Source of the DNA: Gonapodya sp. JEL0774 | Taxonomy: Eukaryota | Assembly (NCBI GenBank): GCA_027604505.1 | Contig: JADIIX010000119.1 | Coordinates: 1-64,000, forward strand | Length of the DNA: 64,000 nucleotides | Direction of reading: 5' to 3' | In this document: positions 31,399-46,176 of the stretch, in pieces | Layout: every line of letters begins with the position of its first letter | Position numbering within the stretch: the first letter of the stretch is position 1 | Notes under the pieces: model-generated | What the model saw: only the letters and a program-made list of their open reading frames with translations | Databases searched by the model: none | Told to the model about the DNA's origin: nothing | Program-made: the position numbers and the translations under genes

Positions 31399-33628
31399 AT
31401 GTACTTCTGTTTTCGCTGGGCGGTTGACACTCCACCGTCTCTATCTGAGCATTAGCCATAGCATTAAGAGATATCGTTTTTAGGATTCTTTTAGACGAAG
31501 ACGATGAAAGTTTTGTGCCTCAAACCAGACGTCCATTTTTCTCGTTTACCTTCTGTGGATGCTGGAAGAGTGATTCAAAAAGGATTGAGCACCAAACCCA
31601 AACTTCCCAAGAAATCCACAGGGCGGAACCCTACAGCGAGCCAATGTTACAAACGAAAGACTGATGGGATTTGGTGTGGATTGGCGGTTAAACCAAAGCT
31701 GGAGTGCTTGATGGAGGGGACGGACTGTAAATACACCATTCACACTGATCGGACACTTTTCCTGACCCAGAGGACATCTATGAAGTCTCCGGAACTCATT
31801 GAATGGACCGATTCACTGTTGGAGGTAAGTGTGAAGTGAGCAATGTTCAAGCAAGCAATATTCAAAACGCACTCAGAAGATATCTATCTTTGCTGATCTC
31901 TCTTGTTGTTCCTGATCCCTCGTTCGAAGTCTATTGCTCGATGGTTCTCTTTGGTCCGGGCCGTTGGGCACCGACGTTTGTGGAGTCGCCCTGTACACAC
32001 ACGTGTTGGTTGCTACATCTACGACATTGGATATCCGTTGGCTGAAGACACCTATACTCGAATTGTACCTGCTTGTACCTGCCCGCACTTACTGACCTCC
32101 GCCAAACTCAGTATCAATCTCACTGGTGTTGGGGTACCAAAGACTCTTAATCTCATTATCGTCCCCCCCATCCCACGAATGGAGCCAAAAATCAGACATC
32201 GCCGGATCTCCAAACCCCATCAAACCCTTCATTCACCTCCGCCTCGATCTCCTAGGCGTCCACACTGCCGCTCCCACACCGAAACGCACAGGTTCCTCCA
32301 ATCAATTCGTCCTTCACACAACCGCCAAGTACAACCCTCCTCACAAGTATCATGGGCGTCAGAGGGCCTGCGGCAGTCAGAGTTGACGTCAGTCTAGTTG
32401 CTGCCCCTGACACCCGACGACATTCTCAATGCGGAGGATGACCAGTGTGTTGCCATCGGGAATCGGTGTGCTCGATGAGAGGCGGGGGGTTGGGGATGGA
32501 AGATGTGATCACAAGCGGCACGTTGGGTCAGTAACGTGCGAAGGGCCATTCGCGAAAGGAGTGCTCGAGAAAGTGCTTGGTTGTCGGTGAGGTTGCACGT
32601 TCGAAGATCCACCGTTGAGGGACGCGAAAACTTGGTGGGAATTGGCGGTCCGGCGTGCTAGACGGGGGAGAGGATCTGGAGGGTGAGGAAGAGAATTGTC
32701 GCGACTGTGGATCCACGACATCTCTCACGGTTATGACACCGACACCATGCAAACGCCGTCGTGCCCCCTGTAGATTGAATCCAAGATTTGCTCATAGACA
32801 CGATTGCAACTGCGTGTGAATCAGTGGCTCATCTGTTGTTTCTGGTTCACACGCAGTTACAATAGTAATTAGTATTAATGCGTACCCGGTCCAGTCACAG
32901 TTGGCAATCGCAATTGCGGGACTGGCCGGATGCGGAGGAACTGGCAATTCAAATGCCGACAAGGTTGCTGATCGCGCATTGCGAATTCACATTCATGATT
33001 CAACTGCTTGACGCCCCACTTTTTCAAAATAACCAGAGGATACTCGTATCTCAAACTCACTAAAGGTGACCAAGAGAAGGAGAACCAGAGGGGGAAGAGG
33101 CAGAAAAGCAGAGAAAACGGGGAGAAGAAGAAAACCTGGATCCGCCAGGTGGAAAAGGGACCTAAAGCAAAATACCAAGTCGTTGCTCCCGCTGAGACGA
33201 CATTGACAAGAATGTCAGTAAGTCCCCGGCGTCTCGTCTGCTTCCCCAATCATTCCCACCTGAGACGACGTTGGCGCACAAGGAAGACGAGCCTGCCCTG
33301 TGGTGCACGGGGCCCATCCTAAGTCACACACTTCAAGCCGTGATTCCAACCAAGGTGCTCGCAAAGTTGGTGTCTGTACTCTGCAACTGACCTACAAGCA
33401 TTTATTCCTTGTTCTTTTGCTAACGATGATTCTGATGTCGCATGACCAAGGTATCTTGATGTCGTGATGATGATAGGTTTGGTCCATTTCATAGATGCTG
33501 GTATGTTCTTTGAATGGTGGTTTCATGAGCTTCCAGAGCCACTGCGTGATGCAGGCTCCATATGTTCGGGTTCCACATGTTGATAAGACAATGATTTTCC
33601 AGATCACAAAAAACAGCCCATTATAGAC

Positions 33629-36600
33629 CTAGTTCACGAGGGCAAAGTCTGATGGCCATCTAATCCCTCGCCAAACCTTCTCGTACTCTACCCAAACTTC
33701 CCACTCCAACTCCTTTAACACCTCGATTTTCAGCTCATGGATCTGCGCCAACGTACCACTCGATGTATTCCCTGATCTAGTGAGGTCCCCTACAGGGGCG
33801 TCGTTAAGAAACTTGTTAATAGCCTTTAGGGCCGTTCCAAATCGACCACACGAGCGCTCCTTTTTCACAAAGAGTTTGAGGATGTTGGCATCTTTTTCTG
33901 GGGTCGCGTCCGAGTTGCCACCGGCAGCAGCCCACTTTAAGTGCTCTGCAAAGGCCTTCTCAAATGCATCCAAAGTCTCATCCAGTTGTAAGGCCTCCCC
34001 CACGTTCGCTCCACTCGGGGCCGATCGAACAAGATCCACAAGCTCTGAATACGACTGAACTCTTGTGAGTAACGCTGAGACCATGACATCCTTCCGCTTG
34101 TCCATTTCCTTCTTGAGCTCTTTGGCAGCCGAGTTAGACGTATCTGGCTTACCCGCGTAGAACAAGGCGAGCTCGTTGTGACCAGTTTTGGTGCGACCAT
34201 TGGCCGCCTCAATCAATTTGTTGCACTGCTCAATGACAGTTGTCAATTTCTGGATAGACGGAGAATCGGAAGACTTTTTACTGAGTATATCCAGCTTTGC
34301 TTGGAGGAGAGGAAGGTGTTCGGGGTACTGCGATTCAAGACGGGTGAGAATCTCTGCGCTTTTGTCCTCTGTGAGCTTTTTCAGGGATGCAATTTCAAGG
34401 TCACGAATTTGCTCCGTAAGTACGACGTTTTCGTCCAATTTCTTGTCTTTAGGGCCCGCTTTGGTTCCATTGTCGTTCTCTTTCCCCCGTGGGGGGACTG
34501 TTGACGGCATTGGATTTGTCAGGGATGAACGGGCTGTGCAACTGAAATCAAGCTCACCTAGATACAACACACTTGCGAGTCCTCCATCCACTTTTCCATT
34601 GCCAGTGCCGGTCGAGTCGCCACCCCAACACTTCAGCTCCCCCACAAGGACGTCACCTGCGATGACGTCCTTTGGAACATCCGGGGCCGTCCAAAAGAGT
34701 GCCCTTCGCTCCCCCTGCTGAAGGACTCGCGACCCAAAACCACTTTTCCCACCATAAATAGCGTCCTGAGCGTTCGTGTAGAGCGGAAGTGACACTTCTT
34801 TCGCCAGCTTACTGTCCAAGAGAAGTGACGCGGAAGAATGCCGCTCGAGAATGTCAGCGGACTTGGAAACAAGCTTGCATGCAGTATAGAGTGCTCAGTA
34901 GAGTGGAGACCATGTGTTTGTATTTCCGATTCAACTCACTTGACAGCGAATAGTGTACTCTCCTTTATCCAGCTTTTGAGCCTTCGGATAAATATCTTGG
35001 GTGCAAACGGCCTACCACGAAAGACACAGGTGAGGAAATCGGACTCAGACAAGTCATATTCAATCGATGCCAACCTTCTTCCCGCTATCGAAGATCAAGA
35101 GCAAGAAGCCCTCGAAAGGATTTTCATAGAGCATATCAGTAATTATCGGTAGTCGGGGTGTCACAGTTGTTGATTCTGATATTTTGAACTCGTATGTCAG
35201 TGTTAATGCGGAGGCTTGGCGTCCGTCCGGTAACACATCCCGAGATGCAAGTGGCGTAATCTGTGAGTCAGTCGGACGGAGCGTGCGGCGTAGTATGTCT
35301 GGGAAACGAATCAGTACTTATTCATGCTCCATTGAAAGGGAGAAGTTGTTGGCACCAACCGAATGCTACTGCAGGAGTGAAAGTTTCCTTCCTCAAAGGT
35401 GCGAAAGCTTCCATGCGCCCTACACCGTCACCTCCATTGAAGAATAAACCACCACCCGCACCCCACCCAACTCCCCCAACCGAGCCAGCGCTTGTGCCAG
35501 GAGACGCAGGTGACCCAGTTATATGAATACCGTGGAATTCCAGCTCGACGGACACAGTGGAAGCTCCCAGAGAACTCCAAAACTGAGCTAAACATACTTC
35601 CATGACGACTCCAGGAACGACGCGAAACACTTTACGAACAGTTTGAAGGTCTGATGGCGAGTCTGAAGGAGTCGATGAGAGGGCGACAACATAATCTTGT
35701 TCTGTTTTCGCATATCGAGTTTGCTATCAAACAAAAGGAACCATCCACAATTGTAGATCATATGGAGTTTAAGGGCGAATCGGCTCTTACCGGTAGTACT
35801 TGAATGATCTGCACGGTGAAACGAGCTGTTGTGTCTCGCCCCACGCTTTTCACTGTCAACACTGCGAAATTCGAGCCACTAGGAGCTTCCACAAAACGGC
35901 GTTCCAGATGTCCTGGTCCAAAGCTGAGGATATCCCACCTCAACCGGTTTTCGGCTGTGACCGGCTGGGGTTTGCAGACTGTCACCGGAACTCGAAACAG
36001 TGCGCCAAGGTCTCGCGCCGTTGTGTCGTGCGCAAGAACATAGCCCGTATGGAGACCTGGTGGAAGGGACGTGGGATCTATCTTCACTCCAAATGCCTAG
36101 AACAGGATTGTTAAAATTTATTACGTCCCATTGCTCAATGGTACACTCACTTTTCCACCGTGGTTTAAAATCACATTCTTGGGAGCTTGTATCCAAGGTG
36201 CACTGCTTGAAAGCTCCAACTGAACCTCCAACGCGAGCTGTTAACAGACAACGACAGCACTTTTGTTGTTACTGGATATGGTCACCCCAGAGCTTGTGAA
36301 AAATCACCTTCCGTTCTTGATCACCGTCCTCCTCTTTGAAAAATTTTGGCATCACACTGCATGTTGTTTGGAGCACCCGTGAGGTCGACACAGAATCGCG
36401 CAAGTAAATTCCTCGTGGTGTTAGAGGTTGTTCGGGGAATGTAACCTATTGAACATAACCCGAAACAAAAAGGATTACAGTGAAGCACAGTCAGAAGAAT
36501 CCGATCATACGCTAACTCACCTCGTAGTCCACATCCCACTTTCCTCCGTCGTTGTTCTTCCTGCTCTCGACGAGCCAGTCCCACGCTGACTCGACTTGCA

Positions 36601-38910
36601 CGAATCCGACTCCTTGCGGATCACTGACATCCTTAGCGGTATTTTCAAGGGCACGACGGATCGTGTACGGGGTGTAGGGCAACGAGGAGGCAAGGAGACC
36701 ACTACAATATTTTATGACAATGAGAGACCGCATAGGCGAGCCAGCGTGAGTACTTCGAAGTCAACGATGAAAGGCCGAATGAAGATAATCACGAAATAAG
36801 AAGACTGACGCAGCCAGCGGCATTGGGGCTTGCCATAGATGTGCCATTCATTCTGATGGAATAGGTACCGTGTTACTTGGCATTTGCGCGGTAAAACGAG
36901 ACGATACAAATCGAACTGTATGGTCCGTTCTATAGCGTTTCACTTACAGTCTGGTCGGAGCTGTGACCACATAGAATGCAGAACAGTTCAAAGTGACTTG
37001 GCTTTGAGACAGGAGCCCAACTCGAAACGATTGAACTCACCCAAATCGTACCTCGGCACCTCCGCCACTGCCCCACCGGGAGCGTAGATGCTCACGCCTT
37101 TCCACCCGTCAAATGCCGGACCACGGGAACTCCACGTGTACGGTCGTTCGGGCACGGGCTCAAGCATAGAGTGAGACGAATTTTGAAGAGAGGTGGTGAC
37201 ATCTTGAAGTATGCAAAGCAAGAGTAAGAAGACAGAGCGATACTCTGGAAGGTTGATGTGCTAGAATCCTACATGCTCCAACTCCAATTATTCCGGACGC
37301 CATTCCTCCCGGCGAGCCCACTGTACCAATGCCTGCAATAGCACCACACTTGTGTTGAGTGAGTCCTCCATAAACGAGCTTCAAAAAAGTGGAACTCACC
37401 TGGCCCGGCATTACCCGCACTGCTAACAAACACCCCTCCAGTCCGGTTCACGACCCAGTCGGTAATTCTGTCCCCAAAGCTCCCCTTGACCGAGCTTGCA
37501 CCCTCTCCGTAGCTCATATTCGAGACATGCACTTTTCCGAAGGGGTGAGTCTGAGCGAGGTAGGTTGCCGCACGGGAGAGAGCGATGCCAGTTTCCATGG
37601 ATCCCAAGCGATTGTCGCCGATCTTGAGCGACACGATACGGGCACCTGGGGCAACGCCCGAGGTCGCAAGATTAGAAGCATGATAGGTTGAAGCGATGGA
37701 CGCGACGTGAGTGCCTTGGGTACACGTTGTTGGTCAGGTGAGTGCTGGAAGTCTGCGTGTGTACAGGTCTATTTCGAGAAGACTCACCATGGTCGCCAGC
37801 GAGTGTCACAATTGACACCCTAGCACCACCATCGTATATTTTGATAGAGTAGGTGAGGAGGTCAAGATCACCAAACTTGTCCCACGCCTGGGACACAAGG
37901 TAGTCTGGAAGTGGTTTTGCGAGGCGCAAATCTCCAGTGAGAGATGTGTCCACGAGGACGAACGAATGACCAGTGGGTGGGGACACGAGCAAAACGTCCT
38001 GCAACCCCATGGAAAAGCATTATTGCATGGGCCCGGTCTCGTGTGTTTGCAGAGGGAGTTGCAGCCTCTTACGTATACATCACCAGGGTCTTCATACGCC
38101 TTGGCCATATCCTTCAAAGCATCTACGCGAGCCTTGAGTTCTTGCTTCCATTTGTCCTTATCCTCCGGGGACGTATCCTTGGAATTTATCGTCGTGTTCC
38201 CGCCCTTTGCAAACGCATCGGCTTCGCCCATAGCGGATGCCAAAAGATTGCTCTGCCCCACTTCCCATTTCTTCTTCCGTGAGTTTTTCATGCGCTCCAC
38301 AAGCGATTTCGGGAAAAGCTCGGATGACGACTTGCAACCCAAACGGAACTTTGCCCCGTCGATCACCCAGGCTGGGTCTAGAAGGAGGGTACGACCAGTA
38401 GCGGCAGAAAAGAGGGTAGGCGGACCGCCGGCAGTTGGCGTCACGGGCGGACCCATGACCACGTCGCCAGAGCTGCGAGAAGGAGGTTTTTGGGGTGAAG
38501 AATCCGTCAGATTTGCAAGGTCTAAAACGACAACAGTGGAAGCTTACCCGGTGCAATCCACCACATCGAGGACTTTCGGCTGTCCGTGCGACGTAAATTT
38601 GAGGCCTGGAGCTGCTGGATCCACACCCGTGTCCAGGCTATAACAAAGAAAACATCTCACTAGGTTTGAGGTGAATGAAAATCACTTCAGTGGCATGCTT
38701 ACATTGCGATCACGGTATCTCTTTTGACAGAGGACGAAAAGTGAAGGTGATCAGGATGTTTCCACATCACGAAGACGGCAGCACCCAAATCGATGAAGGA
38801 ACGCTCGCTCACCTGCCGTCAAAATTGGGATTCTTTCGGACAAAAGACGCTGCCTGCGTCTCTTCTTTGGGCAGCAGACCCTCCACGGGAAACAAGCTTA
38901 TGGTGGCCAT
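33629..38910 (-). CDS. TPP2: Tripeptidyl-peptidase II (subtilase S8), multi-exon
   Basis: [88 protein letters not shown]. The D/H/S catalytic triad is present. Confidence 0.95.
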
Positions 38911-39470
38911 CCCGCCTGAGACGTGAGACGCAAGGAGGGCAAGTCTGTGGGTGGGCGCCAGAGCAAGAAAAGCTGACGGGCGAGATTTGGGGATGCTTTG
39001 AAAGCACCGATGGAGGACGCTGGCGCGAATCACTTCTGCGGTTGGTTCCTTTGTTATCGGCTCGTGGGTTCGCAACACCGAGAGTCGTAACTTGGGTCTT
39101 CTCCACAACTCGGGTCTTCATGCTTCTTAAGTGCTACCCCAATTACTGTAATAAATTTAATTCATGAATCAATGGTGATCCATTTGACCGATGATTAACT
39201 CCTCGATGTCAGCTTCTGGTACGTTTGCGTCGAGAATCTCGCCATATTCCGTCTGGATCAGAATTATCATATTACAAATCATAGAAGCCATTTTGGCGTT
39301 CTCCTCGCCTTTCATTTTGCCCTTCCGCATTCTTGTGCTGTCCTCGAAACCTCCCTTATCTTGTCCCCTATATTATACAGAGTCCCCACCACAAGCTCAA
39401 ATTGGCTTGCCACACCGCAACCAATTCCTTGACATTGACATCAAGGTTGCACGCGTGGCTCTCTTCCTGA

Positions 39471-42400
39471 ATGAATGAGCAGGAAATTTTGCCGGCTGGT
39501 GCTTCGTCTGCCGCAGGCCAACCAAACAGGCCGGATGATTCCGAATGGCAGTTGGGGCGAAACGGTACTTTTGAGGATGAAAGTGCCGAGGTAAAGCGAC
39601 TAAAAGAGAGTAAGGAAATGGAAGAATGGGCGAAAGAATTGGAGTTGGACAAAGGGGGCGAATATGTGAGTTCTGCAAGTGGGGGACATTGGAGCTGACA
39701 CGACAGCCAGTTCACGTTCGCAGACCCCATTGACAACGAAACTCGCTATGAAACTCGCAGCTGCCCGTAGCACAACCTGCGCCATTTGTTCCAGTGGCTC
39801 CTTTATCGCCGTCGTCGGCAACTGATCTGAACCCCAACCACCCATCTCCCACTTCGAATCACGCAGAAGATTACGCTCGCACGATCGAACGCGCTAAATC
39901 ATATTTCGCTCGCTCAGTACGAGGGATTAAAATGCCGAAACTGGATTTCGATTTCGATTTCAATGACATGAACAGGAAAAGCCGTGGGGTCAGTGGTCCT
40001 CCTGGTGGTGCTGGAGGAGTTTCCGCTATTAGTTCCGGAGCTGCCATGTCAGGCTCTGCCGATGAAGGTGCCGATGCTGATCAAGACACTGATATGGCTG
40101 CCTCCAGATCTCAAGGCAAATTCGTGGTGGACAGGAACAGCAAGTCGAAACGCAGTAAAACAAAGATGGAGAAGGTCTCTCCGAGGACTGCTGACAACCC
40201 AATAACATCAATATCTCCTTCCTCGCCTTCGCGTGCCCTGCAACCACAACCTGACTCTGCTCCTCCAGCTAACCAAACTCCAAACCCCAAATTGCGGCTG
40301 TCGCACCATTTCCGCCTGAGAAAGCTCCGTCTCTCGCGTAGACACTCAGACTCTTCCTTGCACGACTCTCCAATCCATAAGGACAAAATCCACAAACCGC
40401 GAACACTCAATGCACCATGGGCTCGGAGGAGACGGAGTGGTGTAGGCGTTCCAACAGTGGACGAACCTGCTCACCATTTTCTAGACGGCACTGCTACCGC
40501 AGAGCCCAACAGATCCTCACTCCTGCCTTTAAATTCTCCACCTCCTCACAACTCCCTTGCCTTCTCCAATCGATCCTCCAACCCAATCTCTCACTTCTTC
40601 GCAGACATGTCAGGCTCTGGTGATTCAGGCCCCGATGATACAAGCTCAGAAGAAGAGTCAATTGTCGACAATTGCATGTATGGTGAGAGCTCAGACACAG
40701 GGAGCAGGAGTGAGTCTGGGTCTCCTACTCGAAACAAGACAGCTGGAAGACGGCACCACCAGCAGAGACTCAAGACACTTAGTCTCAATAGACAACACAC
40801 TGTAGATGGTACCGACTTGGGTGATATCGATACGACTGGTTCACCTCTGTCTCAAGGCAAAGCCACTTTCGACGAATACGACGCCTATGTCCGCCCCCAT
40901 AGTTATCAGGCGGCCCTCGTCTTGCCACCTCACCCATCTCCAAATGCAGCCAAGCTTTTACCTAAGCTCAAGAACAAAAGGTCCAGAAAGCGCTCCACAA
41001 CACCCACGGATGAGCAGCCTTCCAGCTTCCGGCGCGCCCGTACACTGTCCTCGGCACCACTCCCCATCCCCGTTCCGAAGTTTCCTTCATCCGACTCGTT
41101 GATGTTTCCTTCGCTCACCACTTTTCGGAAACCTTCACCCCGACGAACAGGGATGGGAGACAGGGACCTGAAGGACACGTCACCACCTGCACTGTATCCT
41201 TCTTCTGTACCAGAATACTCTTTTATAGCTCCCGGTGCCGGTACCGTCGAAATTAGCTCTTCCGCCGACAAGTCACCAAACACTCCAGTTACCCGTACCT
41301 CCCCCTCCCAAACCCCGCAACTCACCTCGCTTCGTCGCCGTGCATCCCGCATGGCACGTCGGATCGGGGACGAGTTCGCCGGTGTTGCGGATTCCCCAGG
41401 GAAGGGGTTTAGGAAAGTAAAGGAGATGCTGGGTGGTGGTGGACGAGATGATGGTGAGGGTGAAAGGGTGGACGATGGCGATATCGGGGAGAGCGGGAAA
41501 GCTAAGGGAAGGAGGCGAAGAAGGGTGAGGAGTGGATCTGTGCCAGCATCAGTGAGGGGAGAAAGTCGTAGGGATGAGTTTCCATTCCCGGATTTTTCTG
41601 GTCTTGGTATTACCAAACCAGGTATACTTCAAGAGAGTGGTAACCACGAACAGGAACTTGACGACTCATACTCGAGCACTGTACCTGGTGACCCGCCTCT
41701 TGGACTCCGCTCTGCAACGAGACACAAGCGCGGCGCGTCCGAGTCGCCATTAAAACTTCAAAAGCAGCAACACGGCGGAATGCACTCTCTTGGTGGCATT
41801 CCAGCTCCGGGCCCAGCATCGTCATCCACGCCGTTTGCATCTGCTATGTACAGTTCTATTCCCACCAAACCCCCTAAAGCATCGAAAACCCCCAAACCTG
41901 TCAAAGCGCCTACCAAGCACCGGTCCAAAAGTGCCACAGGCATCAATTTCTCCTCGCTCTCTAATCTTCAACCTCCACTCACCCGTCCTGGTCGACCCGT
42001 CAGAGCAACCCTGTCTTCTCTGTCGGCGTCCGCTGCGGCGTTCTCGGAAGAATCAGATTGGGATGCCGCTGTGACACCCGGTGGAACTAGGAGTGGCGGA
42101 GCTAATCCCCGAACGAGGTTTTCTGCCGATTGGGACCGGATGAGTTTGAACAATGGAGGGAAGGGAGCATGGATTGCAGGGGTGGGAGATGTGGATCTCG
42201 GCACCGTGGGCGCTGGTAGTAGCAGGGGAAGAGGGCGTGTCGGAGCTGCGGCAGTGTTGAGAGACGCGGCGAGATCGGCAGCGGGAAGGCGAAGAGCGAC
42301 TGTTGGTGGAGGTGTCGGATTTGAGGAACGAGGGATGCCTGATAGGACAGATGGAAATGGTGGTCGTGATCGGGGGGACGGCACGGGACGCCTGGAGGTT

Positions 42401-42583
42401 CCTGGAATGGTGAGGGACGCATTACTTGGTGCGGGTTTGTTGGTTGTGGGGTTGTACGGGAGTGCGTACGGGGCATATAGGAGGAAGAAGAGGGAGTGGG
42501 GTGAAGGCAGGGAAGCTGGGAGTGGAGGGAGGGATGCCAGAGATGGACGAGATGGTGTGGATGGAGCGGGACAAGCGGTTTGA
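39471..42583 (+). CDS. Large S/P/R-rich, probably disordered protein with one C-terminal TM segment; function unknown
   Basis: 929-codon open frame at 39794-42583, probably joined to an exon from ATG 39471 by an intron at ~39666-39760; hydrophobic LLGAGLLVVGLYGSAYGAY followed by RRKKR. Confidence 0.6.
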
Positions 42584-43065
42584 GAACAGAGGTGTGACGT
42601 TGAGTGGTTGCGGTACAAATGCCATGAGAGGAACGAAGCAACGGGATCGGCGTTTTTGTCGGCACAGTAAGTGCTTGGCTGGCCATATGGACACCTGAAG
42701 AAGGTTTAATTTGGAGCGAAATACAGTGTCAAATCGAAGTTGGACCCATATCAAGTGTGCATCAACGCGAAATTGTTGAAATACATCAAACTTATGTAAA
42801 TGGTGATGCTTCGTAAATTGCATCGCTAATTTTGATTTCTCTGTGCAAACTTGTAACTCAAATCGAAACCAACACACTGATTGAACCGAATCACAGCTCC
42901 TTCCGACGGGAGTTCCCCGTCCATCCTCCCACATCATTAGGTTCCGCATTCACAGCTGTGTAACCATTCAACGCACCAAGGACGTGTTGCTCCACTCTCG
43001 AGAAAAATCCGGGTGTCGTCGATAAAAGAGGCCCACCCTGAGCGCCGTACGTGGTATGGAACACA

Positions 43066-46000
43066 TCATGTGGGAAAGTTTTCGTCGAAACTACAGACGC
43101 CTGTTAAGGGATCAAAGTGAACATTCCAAGTCCTGGGGCCAAACGACGATATCTCACCTTCCAGAGCATCGGTGAACCCAACCTGCGTCCATATGTCGGC
43201 ACTCTCTCCTAATACCACACCGTTCCCGTCAATGACAAGTGGAGATTTCGACATTGGGGTGCCAACCGACTTTGCAGCTCCATCTGCGCTACTCCCTGTC
43301 GGACTTCGCAAGTGGGGTATGGCAGTCCCTACTCCACCAGACGCGGTGCGCGTGGGCGTGCGAGAATGAATATGTGGAGGAACAGAAACGAGGAGGGAGA
43401 GTTCCTTTGAAAGAATATATGCCCATGAGATGAAGCACGAAAACGGGTGTGCACATGATCGTTGATCCGATATGTGGTCGGTAGTTGTGTGGTCCCCGTT
43501 GAGCGGTATCTCCAAACCCATCTGCATCAATACATCTCGCACAGCAGCCACCGCTGATGCAATTGTCAAATTCCCCGGAGAGGACGATTCCGCCAACCGT
43601 ACCAGGGAGGTAAGAACCTCTGGTAGGCAAAGGATCCGCGGAGCGAGTGCGGGCCACCAGCGCAACAGGGGTGATCCAGAACGAGGTGGTGTAGACACGA
43701 GTGCTACAAGCATTGACGGTAGGAGAGGGGCGTTCCCAGCGCCCGTGGAAATGAGCACGCGCATCGGAACCAACGCGATCACCACAGCTTGCAAGGCCCA
43801 GTATGCGGCATAAGGTCCCATCGGAGGCACCCCCTGTTTATTCCCTCCGTCAGCAGCTCCCACTAGAACTGCTTGAGCTATCTCTCCGGCTCTCACAGCC
43901 TCGGCAACTGCCACTGGGAAGCACGGGTGCGAGATCCACGACGTATCACGATGTGCGATTGTCAAATCAACAGGACGGTGTAGTAGGACGCGAGCGGAGG
44001 AAGCAGTTAAATGGAGGAGTGCATGTGCAAGCGTGGGAGGACTGCCAGGGGTGGAATCGGGGCGAGACCAAAAGGGGAGCACACCGCGTGCATACGGCAA
44101 GGGGTGCGGCAAGCGCGCATGAAGAAGAACGAGGGTCTCGTCCAGTTGGGACTGATAATAGGTCCAGTCCGATAATAAACAAACCGACACTGCAGCATCA
44201 GCTTTATGGAAGGAGTACGGGATGCACTCACCAGCTGACCGCCTGGTTCCCAGCCTTCACCCCATGACTTAGCCGAAACAGCAACATCTTCCACCCGCGT
44301 TTCTGAGCCATCACTGCCAGATTGCGTCAACAGTGCCATGCGATGCAAATCCGCATCATAAAAAGTGCCCTTGACAGCACCGATCTTCCCAACCAGTTCT
44401 GCCAGAGAGAATTCTTGCGCGTACACATCACCATCTCTTTTCATTGGCAAGGAACCGATGTTATGCGTATACGGAAGGAGTTGAGGAGGAGCAGGTTGGG
44501 TGGAGGAGGCTAAGGAAGGTGTATCAAAGAAGTAGTCCGGACAGGGCAGGCGCAATAATCGGGATGCGGTGGGTGTGGTGGATGGGAGGTGAGCGATTCC
44601 CGATGAGAGGTTGGATTCTGAGGCAAAATTTGTGGCGTATGGTAATGGTCATGACTGGGCGATCATTCATATCGTTTTCTTTTCTAAACCACCAACCTTC
44701 CCAAAGGGTCCACCAGATTCGCCGTCGTATTTCCCTTTCAAGCCGGTGTGTTGTTTGAAACAGCGAAGATACATAAAGTGGCGATTCGTGATTGTTGGGT
44801 TCGTTAGGAAGCTCGGTGTGCATCCGAAGTTCGAGTGCAAGGGCTGGTGAAGGGGTCACATAAATCTCGTGGAGTTCGCGGGCAGGAGAAAATAAGGATA
44901 TGGGCTTACCGAGTGCTCGCGAGAGGTACCGTGACCCTTTGAAGGGTGTGAAAAGAGGACGGAAAAAAACTTTTGCGAATGGAAAGAAAACTTACGCATC
45001 CACGACATATCTCCTTCTACACATCCCACTAAGCTCGCCATAATCCATAGTGCAATAACTGTTTCTACCTCTGGAGGCCCATCCATTATCTCCGACGTTC
45101 GCAACATATCCTTTGCGAAGCAGTAAAAATAGTGGGTAGAGTTGTACGGAGAAGGAACAGAGTCTAAAGAGATGCCACTGAGGGGAAGGAAAGTACATGC
45201 CATGGCGAAGAGGGCTGTCAAGACAAGGACAGACGGTTGGGAAGAGCCCGTGACCGAGAATGTGCGCAAAAAAGTTTCCTGGTGCAAGATAGGCTGCCTT
45301 GGGTGGCATTGTTCAAAGTATACGCCAAGCAGAATAGTAGCGACTGGGAGTGGGGGAAGGTGAAGCGCTGAAGCACTGATTTGGGAGCTGGAGTGGTCCG
45401 CAAAGGTGGGTACGAACATGACGGCAGTTTCACTGCGCTCCGTTTTGAGAGCGGACTGTGAGCTCGAGTTACATCCTCCAGATCTTTGTGCTTGTGAAAA
45501 ATCTAGGAGAGATGCTTCAGCATCGAATGAGTTCTCCTTTGGCATGTCTGCCTCCGGCCTCCTCACCCCGCCATCAAAATCCGACAACTGAAAGATGTTG
45601 CCCAAAGACAAGGCACGTCGCCGAACGGTAGTTCCAGGCATGTTCACTGCTACATGATCCGGCGATGGAAGGGCTGCCAACGATCCTCGACGAAAAGTCC
45701 TTGTTGGTGCCGCACTAGTTGGCCAAGAAGGTGGGGCCGAAAGCGAACCGCGGCGCTCCAACGTTCTCCGTGGCGTACCCTCAGATATGGTTTCCGGGGA
45801 CTCCGTTCTTTGAATGCTTGGCCTTTGCTTTGGAGCCTTTCTGCCAACGGGTCGTCTCTCGTACGTGCACGCCAGTCCAGCCACAAAGCAATGGGCACAT
45901 GGATTTCCGGCATCGCAACGCTGTCGGCGCTGATTGCATCGATCACACGCCTTTTGGTCGAGACGGCGATGAAACGGTTGCAATTGGAGGATTCAAAAGG

Positions 46001-46176
46001 ATTATGTACGAGCACAAAAGACGGGAGGACCAGAAACGGACCTTTGAAACTCTTTTCGACCGCACTGATGTTAAAAGCTGTTGTCCACCTGAAACAGCAC
46101 CGCCGCTCGCGACTCTCGTCGTCAATATTGGTTCGTCTTCAGTACGTCGCGTGGATCCTGGCGACTTTGAATCCAT
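43066..46176 (-). CDS. Zn(II)2Cys6 fungal transcription factor with a fungal_trans middle region, multi-exon
   Basis: Spliced RSKRVSK|ACDRCNQRRQRCDAGNPCAHCFVAGLACTY; YFEQCHPRQPILHQETF; EREIRRRIWWTL. Confidence 0.9.

Noticed and set aside
31850..32760. Minus-strand coding-like stretch with several TGA codons
   Set aside because: Stops in all frames and no recognisable family; cannot be supported as a gene or selenoprotein
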